Positions 27,561 to 39,427 of a DNA stretch of 64,000 nt are shown here, piece by piece. Both the position numbers and the translations under genes were made by a program. Where the stretch lies: positions 100,254,001 through 100,318,000 of the forward strand of contig NC_043001.1 of assembly GCF_006345805.1 (NCBI RefSeq). Reading direction: 5' to 3'. The notes under the pieces are model-generated. The model saw nothing but the letters and a program-made list of their open reading frames with translations, did not search any database and was not told the DNA's origin. Each line of letters opens with the position of its first letter. Position 1 is the stretch's first letter. Source of the DNA: Octopus sinensis. Lineage: Eukaryota.

Positions 27561-28729
27561 ATTATTTGATGGTTGGTTGTAGTAGCTGAGCCTATTGAGT
27601 GGCCAGAATCCAGCAGGGTGGGTGCAGTTGTTATGGTTGGCTTCCTGATGTGTGTGTGTGTGTGTGGGGGGGGGGTATTGGTGCTGTTTGTTTAGAATAT
27701 AAAAAGAATATAGTTGTAAAGTATTTATTTTGCCTCTTGCATCACTGCATGAGTTGAAAAGCTAGAACATATTGAGTGCACTGATGTTTCCTCAAAGACA
27801 GTGTCTGGCAGAATGTTAAAGTGCTGCAGTCGGGCCGTGTAACCTGGTGAGATGTTTTGCAATGTTAAAGGTAGTATGTGTTTATTCTTTATATTTAGAT
27901 GCTTTGCATTGTTGGTTTTTTTCGAAAATATTTTTGAAAGCTTTCATTTCTTGTATGGTGTCATCTATCAATTTATGAATGTCATTTCTGATATCTACGT
28001 AAAAGATACACGATTTTACATATGTTATCAAAGCTTTGTGTGATAAGCAATGCCTAACCTGATCGGGGTATAATTATGAAAGATGCAGTGTTCAGTGTTG
28101 AGGTAGCAAAACTGCTTCCTGAATTATTATTTCTGGATGAATGTCATGTTTGATGATAAAATATTTTAGTTACATAAAAATAATATTCTTTTGTAGTATT
28201 TAAAATTTTTTAGAGATGTTTGCAAAGTAATATTATTTATGTATAAAAGTTTTTTTTAATGCTGTGGGAATCTGACATTCCAAAAGGTGATAATAACAGT
28301 ACTTTCGGTTTTATCATTTTGCTTTCATTGCTAATGTTATTCTTTTTGTTGAGTATTTTTGTGAAGTTTTGTATTTTATATTCTGGAAAACATCTTTTTG
28401 GAGGTTTTAGCATTTGTTTCACGCAGAGCCATAACTTGCATTGTTTTCTGCTAGGCATTTGTATGTGTTGGAGATAACAATTCCATATGATGACCCTACA
28501 CTGTTCACCCAACACCTTTTCCTCCTTTTTGGCATATTTATTAAGGATTACTTAACCTGGAATGTTTATTTAATTTTAAGAGATATTAGCACACAATTTG
28601 AAGGAGATTTGTTTGTCAGTAAAAGCAGGTCAAACAGCCCATATAGAGGGCCTTTGTGGAAGAAGATCAGCGCAAGTTCAGTAATTCGATAAAAGGGGAA
28701 GGAGGAAGAGAAGGAAATAGAGAACATCA

Positions 28730-30665
28730 TCATCACTATTTAACATCCGCTTTCCATGCTGGCATGGGTTGGATGATTTGACAGGAGCTGGCCAGCTGAT
28801 GAGCTGCCCATGCTCCAGTTGTCTATTTCGACAAGGTTTCTGTGGCAAGATGCCCTTCCTAATGCCAACCACTTCACAGATTGTACTGGGTGCTTTTTAT
28901 GTGGAACCAGCATGGTTACTTTATACATGGCCCTAGCACAGGTGCTTTTCATGTGGCACCAGCAAGGGTGCTTTTTACGTGGCCCCAAAATGGGTACTTT
29001 TACATGACACTGAAATGGGTGCTTTTTATGTGACACCAACAAATGTAAGCCCACAAGACAAAGAGCTCTCAGCTGGGAGAAGGAGTGGTGAGTGTGGCCA
29101 TAAAGGCCATACCTGTATGTATGGATAGCCATTATTTTACTTGGCTTGATGTGTCTTCAGGTGCACAACAAATTACCTGAAGTCTCAGTCCCTTGTCCAA
29201 TGAGGTCCAATGTCTGAAAGTCCTTTTTCACCATTTCTCCCATATCTTCCTGGGTGTACATCTACCACAGTTACCCTCCACAATTAGAGATTGGCACTTC
29301 TTTATGCAGCTGACCTCATCCATACATAACCACGTCACATCACAGGATTATACCAGCTCAGTCTTCTCTCTTGCAAACTACATCTGATGTCTCTTACGGC
29401 CTGTTTGTCTCTTCAATCATTTACACTCTCTCATACATGCATGCTGACGTTACTCATCCAGCAGAGCATGCTGGCTTCATTTATTTCAAAGCCTTCATGT
29501 GTCTTCTGTTGTCACAGTCCATGTTTCATGGTCATATAGGAAAGCTGAGGCATCATACAATCTACAATTCACTCTGAGGGAGAGGCCCTTTGTTACTAAC
29601 AGAGGTAGCAACTCTCTGAACTTTCCCCATCCGATTCTTATCCTAGCAGCTACACTTTCAGAACTTCCTCTTCTGCTGATAACTTGGTCTCCAAGGTAAC
29701 GGAAGCTATCTACTACTTCTAAAGATTCCCTCAAGCATTTCAAAAAGCCTATTTCTGTGCATTTTTAGTGTTTATGGTACATCTGTCACATACAAAAATT
29801 ACTTTTTCTATTAACCTTCTTGTTATATTGCTGCACCTCTTATGTGTCCAAAACTTGCACTGGACTTTCTACTAACACATTGCTTACATACCAAGCAGGG
29901 CTATCTCCCCAAAGAGATTTGTGATCTGTTTTTTTTCCTATTTACTAGGACTTTGGTTTTTGATAAATTATCTCTAAGGCTTTTAAACTCTACACCTTGC
30001 TTCCATTCCTGAAATTTCTTCTCTTATTCTTGTAGTGATTCAGCAATAAGAACAAGGTAATTAGTGTAGAGGAACTCCCAAGGACAGCCAGTCATGAATT
30101 CCTTTGTTATGGCCCAGAGGACTATGATAAACAAGAGGGAACTGGGAACTGATCCTTGGTGAACTCCTACTTGTACACTAATTTCATTTCTATACATGTT
30201 GCTGACTTTCACCTTACAAATAGCACCTATGTACATGGCTGGTACCACTTCCACCAACCACTCATCTATCCCTAGTTTCCACATCGATCCCCAGATGTGG
30301 GAGCAGGGAACTCTGTTAAAGGCTTTCTCCAAATTAGCAAAAGCCAAGTATAGAGGTTTATACTTGGTTAAGTACAAAGGGGTGCTGAAAAGTTCCTGGT
30401 TTCAGGTAACAGAAAATACATATTTAACATATTTCCCTCTCAGATTTACATAATTATTGCAGTGGTCCTTCAGTTTTTCTAAGGTCTGTAAAAGATCTCA
30501 GAAGGTTGGGCCTCCAGCCAGGCCTTTTGCCATATCCTCAAAGCCAGGAACTTTTCAGCACAGTCTCATCTTTCTCCTGCAGTTGCCTTACCAGGAACAT
30601 AGCATCAGTAGTACTTCTCCCTGTCACAAAACCAAACTGCTTCTCATCCATGCTCACTCACTTCC
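28730..30665 (-). mobile_element. Longest RTE LINE copy in the window (RT region to (GAT)n tail), pseudogenised and split by a MITE
   Basis: ORF 30024-30377 YLTKYKPLYLAFANLEKAFNRVP...KLGIDEWLV...GVHQGSVPSSLLFIIV...CPWEFLYTNYLVLIAESLQE (RT motifs; YADD decayed). ORF 29495-29743 VVDSFRYLGDQVI...RIRIGWGKFRELLPLL. Continues into the motif array and the tail at 28730. Confidence 0.88.
30375..30568. mobile_element. About 190-bp mariner-type MITE inserted at a TA in the RTE ORF
   Basis: Inverted repeat GTGCTGAAAAGTTCCTGG(T/C)TT at about 30382-30402 and 30541-30561; left TA at 30373-30374; interrupts RTE codons QEK|YL. Confidence 0.75.
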
Positions 30666-30794
30666 CAATTAATTGAGCTGCAACTTTCAATAGGGTTATA
30701 ATCTTCAAGTTGATCTTTGAGTGGGGTTTCTACGTAAACTGGGTGAATTTAGTGGAGAAAATGCTTAATTGTAAGTGTTCTAGGCCAATAATTG

Positions 30795-30796
<2 letters not shown>

Positions 30797-30858
<62 letters not shown>
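30797..30858. repeat. (GA)n microsatellite
   Basis: Pure GA run. Confidence 0.95.
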
Positions 30859-30861
<3 letters not shown>

Positions 30862-32091
30862 ACCTCTACAGCCTACAATATTAAGATGTGATTTAAAATG
30901 TAGCAAGTTCAAAAACCATTTGTATTCCGGAAGATATAATTCCACAATGGACTAGCAGCTTGAGAGCAGGTAATGAGTGATATTTGTAAAAGTCTCTCTC
31001 AATTGAAAGACATTACCAAATTATTTTAAACAAAGTGCTCAGTCTTGTTTCATGGGTCTAATAAGTTTATTGCACTTGGGTCATCTGAGTGTATAAAGAT
31101 CCTTACACTATTTTACTGCTGTAGAACTAAATCTGTTGAGGGAACTAAATCTGAGAGTGAAATTCACCTTTTATCTGTAGTGAGTTCATTTGAGTTATTT
31201 TGCCAAATCTCTTTGAATATCACAGCATCTCATCCTGCTGTAGGTCTGAGATATCATATTTGATACGTGAAATAATTATTTCATTAATACATTAAAAAAT
31301 TAAAGGATCCACATTTGTTAATATAACAGATATTTTGCAGTGTTTTCTTTGAGGCAGACTGTACCGAAAACAGAAATTGATTTTACCAAAATCATTCAGT
31401 GCTGTAGTTTTGGATGTCCATTAATATATTCCACATGTTTAATAAATCTTTCAAAATGTAATGAGTTCTTACATTATTGTCTAAAACAAATAAGTTGCAA
31501 TATAGCTTGTTGCTTTAAAGTTTGGCTGAGAAAATATATTGGGTAACCGTTAATTGATTGTTTGTCAGCTCTTTCTAACTCATCGCCTTTCACATTAACA
31601 ATATGATGTCCTTCTTTTATGGAGAAACATAAAGTCAAACTTTTAATTCATGAAGCATTGATGTGGCTTCTGCTAAAAAGCTGAAAGCTTATGTCTCGCT
31701 ATAAGATTTAATCTGCAAAATTGTGTGAATCTATAAGAAAGATTAACTCAATCAAGGAAAAAAAGTATGATGAACATATAAGATTGCAGTCCAAACTGGA
31801 AAGTGGTCAATTCGGTGAAGTTATAGAGTAACTAATAAAAAGAAGCCAGATGAAAATATTATTCTCAGCATGAGCTACAGTAAATCAGATTGCAGGAAAC
31901 ATTGATATTTACCCAATACATCTGGCTACAATATTAAATGATTGCCAAATCTTATGACCAATGAAATATCAAAAATAGCTTCTTCAGATTCATATATCCA
32001 GCACAAAAGACAAGAGACAAAAAGTGAATATACATATAGATGTATACATAAGTACTTGTATGCATACAGACATACATACATGAATGCATAC

Positions 32092-32153
<62 letters not shown>

Positions 32154-32423
32154 TGTATGTATGTATAAGTATATATATTTGATTTTTAGAAAATAGAGAT
32201 GACCAGCTGCTTTCACGCTGCAGGTATATGCTAAAACCACATAAATAAGATTAGAAGTCAATTTTGGAAGCTGTCAAAGGAAAGGTGAAAATAGCAAGGA
32301 TTTCTCATCTGTTTAGTTTTCCTATACCTTTTTACATCTGTTATATCAATCTATCTATCTATCTATGTGTTTGTGCATATACATATATATGTGTATATTT
32401 ATATATTCATATATATGTGTGTG

Positions 32424-32525
<102 letters not shown>

Positions 32526-33299
32526 CATACATATATACATATATACATATATATAGATATATCAGTCATATTAAGTATTTTCCTTCAGTTATGTATATAT
32601 ATGTATGTATATGATTAAAAGTAGAAACATGCTTGTGTGTATCATAAACTAGTGATTAGACATTTAGATTAGCTGCTCCAGAAGTAGCAGCAGTAGCAAG
32701 AGGAGAAGGAGGAGGAACAGGAGCAAGAGGAGGAGGTGAAAAAGGAAGAGGAAGGGGGAGAGATGAGGTGGGGTGTGTGTGGGAGGGTAACAAAAAGAAG
32801 ATAAAGACGATGATGATGATGATGACAGCAGAAAGAAATAGTGAAGAGAGAGAAAGTTTTAGAAGAATTCTGTAATGGCAAGTTAGCTGCCATTACAGAT
32901 GAACTTTCCTGGGAGAAAGAGTTTGATGTTGGGGTGGGTTTAATATTTAAGGGTCAGATGGGGAGAAAGGGAACAAGTGGAGGGTGGATATGAAGAACAA
33001 AGAAGTTGGACAAGTAAAAAAAAGAAATCTTTGAATAAAGAAGTCATTTCATTAAGTTTACTTCATTAAACTTGATTATTTTTTGTTGTGGATGTAGTTG
33101 CAGGTAAGATTTAGTGATTGGCATCACTTTACCCTGAACCTGGGGGTAGCTGTGTGGTAGGAAGCTAGTTACCTAGTCATATGGTTCCACGTTCAATTCC
33201 ATGGCCTGACACCTTTTTCTCAAGTTTTTTTTGTTTAATTTTTTTTCTTGTTTTTTCTAAGCATTATTTCTTCTGTTTTTATTAGTTTTGTTTTTCCAC

Positions 33300-33708
33300 T
33301 CTCTTTTACTCTTTTTACTCTTTTACTTGTTTCAGTCATTTGACTGTGGCCATGCTAGAGCATCGCCTTTAGTCGAGCAAATCGACCCCAGGACTTATTC
33401 TTTGGAAGCCTAGTACTTATTCTATTGGTCTCTTTTGCCAAATTGTTAAGTTACAGGGATGTAAACACACCAGCATCGGTTGTCAAGTGATGTTGGGGGG
33501 GGGACAAACACAGACACACAAACATATACAGACACATACACATATATATACATATATACGATTGGATTCTTTCAGTTTCTGTCTACCAAATCCACACACA
33601 AGGCTTTGGTCGGCCTGAGAATATACTTGCCCAAGGTGCCATACATTGGGAATGAACCCAGAACCATGTGGTTGGCAAGCAAGCTCCTTACCACACAGCC
33701 ACTCCTGC
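33300..33708 (-). mobile_element. Near full-length SINE family A
   Basis: (CTCTTTTA)n tail at 33300, head ...accacacagccactcctgc at 33708. Confidence 0.88.
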
Positions 33709-33784
33709 ATCTCATTATTATTATATTTACACCTGTAGATACAGGTACAGAAGAAGAACAGGGTAAATTCAATATAAATCAAAT

Positions 33785-34110
33785 TTTCTACTATAGCCTT
33801 GGGCCAACCAAAACCTTGAAAGTAGATTTAATAGATGGAAACTGAAAGAAGCCTGTTGAGTGTGTGTATGTGTGATTGTGTGAGTCTTTGTGTCTGTGTT
33901 TGCCCCCACCATTTCTTGGCAACTGGTGTTGATGTGTCTACATCCTTGTAACCTAGCAGATCAGCAAAAGAGACTGATAGAATAAGTACCAGGCTTTTAA
34001 AAAAAAAATGATTACGGTCAATTTGTTTGACTAAAAATTCTTCTCTTCAGTGCTTCAGCATGGCCGTAGTCTAATGACTGAAAGGTAAAAGATTAAAGAT
34101 AAAAGACAAG
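33785..34110 (+). mobile_element. Headless older SINE family A copy, inverted relative to 33300-33708
   Basis: ttctactatagccttgggccaaccaaaacc...gaaactgaaagaagcc...agcaaaagagactgatagaataagtaccaggc...cagcatggcc. Confidence 0.75.
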
Positions 34111-34219
34111 CAAGAAAGATATGGAATTGAAACCACAAATCGGATTTGATTTATATTGAATCTACCTTGTTCTTCTCTTGCACTCGTATCTCCTGATGAT
34201 AATAATAATAATAATAATG

Positions 34220-34255
<36 letters not shown>

Positions 34256-34582
34256 TTGGCAGAAGGAAAACAAAAAACTACCAAAAACAGAAGAAAAGAA
34301 GAAAACACAACTCTAAAGAAACAATGCTGAGAAATAAGAAAAAAATTAAAACAAAACTTGATAAAAAGGGATAAGAAAAAAAAATATGAGGAGTGTTTGG
34401 AATATTTTCAGTTTGTTTTAACTGCAAGCGATTTGATATCTTTCTAGTTTCTTGGTCTCTGCTGCTCATGAAACAAAACAAAAACATTTCCCTGTGAAGT
34501 AGAATTGCAATATTTCTTTGTATGGTTGGACGACAAAATCATATCTTTGCAAACAGTCACAAAAAAGTAAACATTTAGAAAA

Positions 34583-34657
<75 letters not shown>

Positions 34658-34829
34658 CACACACAAAGGAACGTATATGTATTTGTGTGTTATATGCACA
34701 CACACACATAGATAAATATATATATATATATGTATGTATGTATAGTGGTGTTTGTATGTGGAAGATATGCAAGAGCCATAAAGACCACAGATACGTAGGA
34801 AACTGATTTCTTGAAATATCCTGCTGGTT

Positions 34830-35395
34830 CTCTGTAAGTAGTAGATAATTCTTGCTACCTAGGTGACCTAATTAAGAGTGGAGGGGGATGTACTGAAAGT
34901 GTAATTGCTAGAATAAGAATAGGATGAAAAAAGTGCAGAGAGCTTTTATTGCTGTTGGTAATCAAATGTCTATCTCTGTGATGTATGTGTCCAAACTGAA
35001 ATGCTGCATGGTTGTGAGATATGGGCCCTGAATGTGTAATACATGTGAAGGCTGGAGAAGAACAAAGCTGGTATACTCTTCTGGATGTGCAATGCCAGTG
35101 TGACTGTGTGGCAGAGGGTCAGTGTATTGAGAGAAAAGTTGGGCATTAAAAGGACTATATGCAGTGTACGAAAGAGATGACTGCCCTGGTAGGGTCATGT
35201 GATGTGCACGAGGAAAGTTGCATAAAGAAGTGGCTCTTGCTTAAAATGGATGGAAGTTATTGAGTGGGGGGGAGACCCAGAAAGACATGAGATGAAGTAC
35301 TGAAGGTTGATCTCAAAACACTGAGCCTTACAAAGGAGATGGCAAAGGACTGAGACATGTGGCACATTATTGCACTGAAGAAGACCTGCCCACCA
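34830..35395 (+). mobile_element. RTE LINE post-RT fragment
   Basis: [36 protein letters not shown]...GCETWALNV..T.RLEKNKA; ends at gaagaagacctg. Confidence 0.75.
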
Positions 35396-35839
35396 TAACA
35401 GAATATAGATCTTAAAACCACAATACCACATGAAAAGTATTGGTGCTGGTGCCATGTAAAAAGTACTCAATAATACACTCAGTTGCAACATCACAGAGTT
35501 ACAACTGTGATGTTGGTAAAACATGTTCTTTGTCTATCTCCTTATTCTCTTGGTGATTTTGGATAAAAAAATTATACAAATGAGTTTTTCGAATTCAATT
35601 AAATTCTATATTTTTATGCAGCTGATGATTGCTCTACATTTTAAATTGATGTAATGTTTGCATTGTTCAATTAAATGGAGTCGCATGAAATGATCGTACT
35701 GCATTACCTCTGGATATCCTTGTTGCTTATTTTGATTATAATCACCTTATTTTAAATTATATGGATAATACCGTACTAAATTCTGGGCCTTCAACTTAAG
35801 TACCATATTCATCTGAATCTAAATTTTGCTGAACTTATA

Positions 35840-35890
<51 letters not shown>

Positions 35891-36082
35891 GTATATATAT
35901 CAATTACTGATGAAGGTTGATTTACAGGGTTTGGGTTTCTCCCTAATAAAGATACCTTTATGGCATATCTTCAAACCCTAAAACCTGTTGACCTATGGCC
36001 TCTTTAAAATATGGAGGGGGAAACAATACAAACATAAACAATTGGGATTATCTCCCTTTGGTTTCTAGGATATCCTTATATA

Positions 36083-36168
36083 TATGACTGGCTATATTTA
36101 TATCGAAGTGATTTTACTACTACTATAATCATTTCTTAAATATAGCCACGAAACACGTGTTGTTATTC
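36083..36168 (+). ncRNA. 5'-damaged hammerhead motif with 12-bp stem II
   Basis: ATGA-C-TGGCTATATTTA...TAAATATAGCCA-C-GAAAC-ACGT-GTT-GTTATTC; the CTG of the core and the 5' strand of stem I are replaced by (TA)n. Confidence 0.4.
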
Positions 36169-36217
36169 TACCAATTATATACATTTTTCTTATTTTTTTG
36201 CAATTTACTTGATCTCT

Positions 36218-36616
36218 CTCTTTTACTCTTTTACTTGTTTCAGTTATTTGACTGCGGCCATGCTGGAGCACAGCCTTTAATCGAGCAACTTGACCCCGAG
36301 ACATATTCTTTTGTAAGCCCAGTACTTATTCTATCGGTCTCTTTTGCCGAACCGCTAAGTGACGGGGACATAAACACACCAGCATCGGTTGTCAAGCAAT
36401 GCTAGGGAGACAAACACAGACACAAACACACACACGCATATATATATATACATATACACGACGGGCTTCTTTTCAGTTTCCGTCTACCAAATCCACTCAC
36501 AAGGCTTTGGTCGGCCCGAGGCTATAGTAGAAGACACTTGCCCAAGGTGCCACACAGTGGGACTGAACCCAGAACCATGTGGTTGGTAAACAAGCTACTT
36601 ACCACACAGCCACTCC
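36218..36616 (-). mobile_element. Near full-length young SINE family A
   Basis: CpG-retaining body, (CTCTTTTA)n tail, head accacacagccactcc. Confidence 0.88.
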
Positions 36617-36761
36617 AATAAAATATCATTGATATTTTATTGTTATTTTAATTTTAATATTTCTATTATAAGTAATTTTCTAGATGGTGTAATTTAATTG
36701 TTTATTTTGAATCGATAAAAGGTGGGTTTTTTCTAATTTTATATATATATATCTATATATA

Positions 36762-37410
36762 TCACCTGGATCACTCAGGCTGTCTGGTGCCAAGTTGGCT
36801 CTGCTGGACACAGCATTTGTTCTATTCTCCTTGTGTTCTCGCCATTTTCCTCCATCTTGTTCCAAACATCTTTCTTTATTCATCTTCTCCCCTGACTGGG
36901 GGCCTTCCATTCGTGTGGGTACCACTCAACAACTGCATGGGTCCAGCGATTGTTTGTGAACCTTGCGACATGACTGACCCATCATAGCTTTGTGTGGTGG
37001 TATTCTGCGAGGACATCCTTCACTCCAGTTCTATTTCTGATCTCCTCATTCCGAATGTGATCTCTTAAAGGGATTCCCAACATCGACTTTTCCATGGCTC
37101 TCTGTGCCATGCGATGTTCTTGTCTCTTTATCAAGGCCCAAGTCTCAGGTGCATAAAGCATTGCAGGCACAACTGTGCTGATGAAGAGATTGGTGTGAGT
37201 CGCCTTGTCTAGGTTCACCTTCAATACAGCCTTCACCAAATCGAAAGCTCTCCATTCCCCTCTTACTCTTTGCAAGATCTCATTCTTCATTTCTTGCCTC
37301 ATGGTTACTTTTTGACCAAAATACACAAAGCTGCTCACCTCTTCTCTTTCTTTACCTTTGACTGTTAAGTGATCGATTGGAATGCCCTCAGACAGCATGT
37401 ACTTGGGTTT
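36762..37410 (-). mobile_element. Second RTE subfamily, ORF2 3' part
   Basis: ORF 36982-37398 EEVSSFVYFGQKVTMRQEMKNEILQRVRGEWRAF...LFISTVVPAMLYAPETWAL...AQRAMEKSMLGIPLRDHIRNEEIRNRTGVKDV; 3' end abuts (TA)n at about 36740-36762. Confidence 0.85.
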
Positions 37411-37454
37411 GCATGGGTGATCTTATATATAATATATATATTATATATATATCA

Positions 37455-37890
37455 TCTCATCATCATCATTTAGCGTCCCGTTTTCCATGCTAGCATGGTT
37501 TTGACGGTTCAACTGGGGTCTGGGGAGCCCGAAGGCTGCACCAGGCCAGTCAGATCTGGCAGTGTTTCTAAAGCTGGATGCCCTTCCTAACGCACCACTC
37601 CGAGAGTGTAGTGGGTGATTTTATGTGCCACCGACACAGGTGCCAGCGAGGCTGGCGAACGGCCACGCTCGGATGGTGTTTTTATGTGCCATCCGACACA
37701 GGTGCCAGACGAGGTGGCAACGCCACGCTCGATGTGTTTTTATGTGCCACCGACCATGTGCCAATGAGGCTGGCAGGTGCCAGACGAGGCTGGCAGACGT
37801 GCCACGCTCGGATGGTGTTTTTATGTGCCACCGACACAGGTGCCAGATGAGGCTGGCGGACGGCCACGATCGGATGGTGTTTGTTACGTC
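37455..37890 (-). mobile_element. RTE 3' UTR with expanded array of about 60-bp GC-rich units
   Basis: (CAT)n tail, conserved terminus, then about 4 units of tttatgtgccaccgacacaggtgccag..gaggctggc..acggccacgctcggatggtgt (37617-37885). Confidence 0.8.
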
Positions 37891-37909
37891 CCCAATAATA
37901 TATATATAT

Positions 37910-38462
37910 CAGGGTCAGGCAAAATGATCTGACACATTTGTAGTTAAATAAAAGGCATTGTTTTTCGTTTCTTTTTCAGTTGCTGCTGCATTGGACTGGT
38001 GAGCATCGCGCTTTCATTGTGGAAACGTTTATCAAAACAAACGATTCTGTAACTGCAACACACAAGAGCGTTCCGTTTGCACTTCAATCTTGGTAGACAT
38101 GATCCCGTACCAGCTCGAAACACGATCTTGTTATGGGTTACCAACTTCAGAGCTACTGGATCTGCATTGAAACGAAAATCAACCGGCCGACCTCGCACTG
38201 CCAGAACTTAAAGATGCAATTCGTCAAGAAATTACTGCCATTCCACGTGAAATGACCCGCCGAGTTATTGACAACTTTCGTGAACGCCTTCGACAGTGTG
38301 TGGACAATAAGGGATCCCATTTGACTGATTTAATTTTTAAAACATAATGAAACAAAATGGCATTATATGTACTTTTCAAAAATAAAAACACTTTTTCGTT
38401 TCTTTACTTCATTTGCCTTTTATTTAACCTACAAATGTGTCTGATCATTTTGCCTGACCCTA
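37910..38462 (+). mobile_element. Internally deleted Tc1/mariner element (about 550 bp, non-autonomous)
   Basis: About 50-bp TIRs (CAGGGTCAGGCAAAATGATC(T/A)GACACATTTGTAG.TTAAATAAAAGGCA) within (TA)n. N-terminus WTGEHRAFIVETFIKTNDSVTAT-QRAFRLHF...NFRATGSALKRKSTGRPRTART is fused to C-terminus ELKDAIRQEITAIPREMTRRVIDNFRERLRQCVDNKGSHLTDLIFKT*. Confidence 0.9.
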
Positions 38463-38465
38463 TAC

Positions 38466-38515
<50 letters not shown>

Positions 38516-38529
38516 ACATATACATATGT

Positions 38530-38726
38530 GTGGGTGGCACGTAAAAAGCACCCACTACACTCGCGGAGTGGTTGGCGTTAGGAAGGGTATCCAGCTGTAG
38601 AAACACTGCCAGATCAGACTGGGTCTGATGCAGCCTTCTGGCTTCACAGACCCCAGTTGAACCGTCCAACCCATGCTAGCATGGAAAACGGACGCTAAAT
38701 GATGATGATGATGATGATGATGATGA
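38530..38726 (+). mobile_element. RTE 3' UTR with (GAT)n tail
   Basis: gggtggcacgtaaaaagcacccactacactcgcggagtggttggcg...ggacgctaaatgatgatgatg. Confidence 0.85.
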
Positions 38727-38747
38727 TACATACATATATCCAAGACA

Positions 38748-38990
38748 TTATTTACGTTAGTTACATTTGATGGATATTTGTCCTCATCTTGTTTGTTGTT
38801 AATACAACATCTCGGCTGATATACCCTCAAGCCTTAATTAGGTGTCTTGCAGAAATTTCGAACCTGGGTTCTCATTCCTAAATTTCCTCAAGACGCCTGA
38901 TGAAGGCTGGAGGGTATATCAGCCGAAATGTTGTGTTAACAACAAATCAGATGAGGACAAATATCCGTCAAATGTAAATAATATAAGTAA
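38748..38990. mobile_element. Inverted pair of about 100-bp Penelope-pLTR-like units
   Basis: 38748-38849 is a diverged reverse complement of 38888-38990 with a spacer of about 40 bp; both arms carry the hammerhead motif or its decayed form. Confidence 0.6.
38892..38937 (+). ncRNA. Minimal type I hammerhead ribozyme motif
   Basis: GACGC-CTGATGA-A-GGCTG(GAGGGTATAT)CAGCC-GAAA-T-GTT-GTGTT. Stem I GACGC/GUGUU, stem II GGCUG/CAGCC, loop-less stem III; position 15.2 is T rather than C. Confidence 0.65.
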
Positions 38991-39016
38991 TTCCTCATCT
39001 CTTAAATATAAAACTG

Positions 39017-39262
39017 TATAAATCCAAGAGTTTGAGATTTTTATTCACATACCTGGCAACCCTGGCTGCCTACCGTGAAATATAAAATAATTTTTTTCAA
39101 CTTATACTTTGATAGGGAAAAAATTCACAACCTTTCACCCCATTAAACCACTGTTGTTCCTAAAAATTGTTTTTTTTTATATTCTCTATGAATTTTTACA
39201 GTTTCTATGGATTGCTTGAAACTCACTTTCTTCCTATACTTTAATCCTTGGATCTTACATAT
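39017..39262. mobile_element. About 250-bp MITE-like repeat; a reverse-complement homolog lies at 62948-63155
   Basis: cctggcaaccctggctgcctaccgtgaaatataaaataattttttca...tttctatggattgcttgaaactcac matches the minus strand of 62980-63150; ends ATCCAAG / CTTGGAT. Confidence 0.6.
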
Positions 39263-39396
39263 ACACATATAAATACACACACACTCACTCATATATAGAT
39301 TTTGATGCTTACAATTTTATATATGTGTGTACATATATAAATATATTTATACAAGCCTATGAAAATATATTTAACTATATAAATATATTATGTATG

Positions 39397-39427
<31 letters not shown>

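Noticed and set aside
32190-32223. 34-bp AG...GT micro-exon candidate
   Set aside because: Too short to support without transcript data; such signals are common by chance in AT-rich DNA.
35907-35995. CTGATGA followed by AGGGTTTG/CAAACCCT stem as a hammerhead
   Set aside because: No GAAAC follows the stem (AAAAC), there is no GUH stem III and no stem I partner.
37617-37885. Regular 60-bp array as a CRISPR-like locus
   Set aside because: The intervening sequence is repeated rather than unique, the array lies inside an RTE 3' UTR, the DNA is eukaryotic and there are no cas genes.
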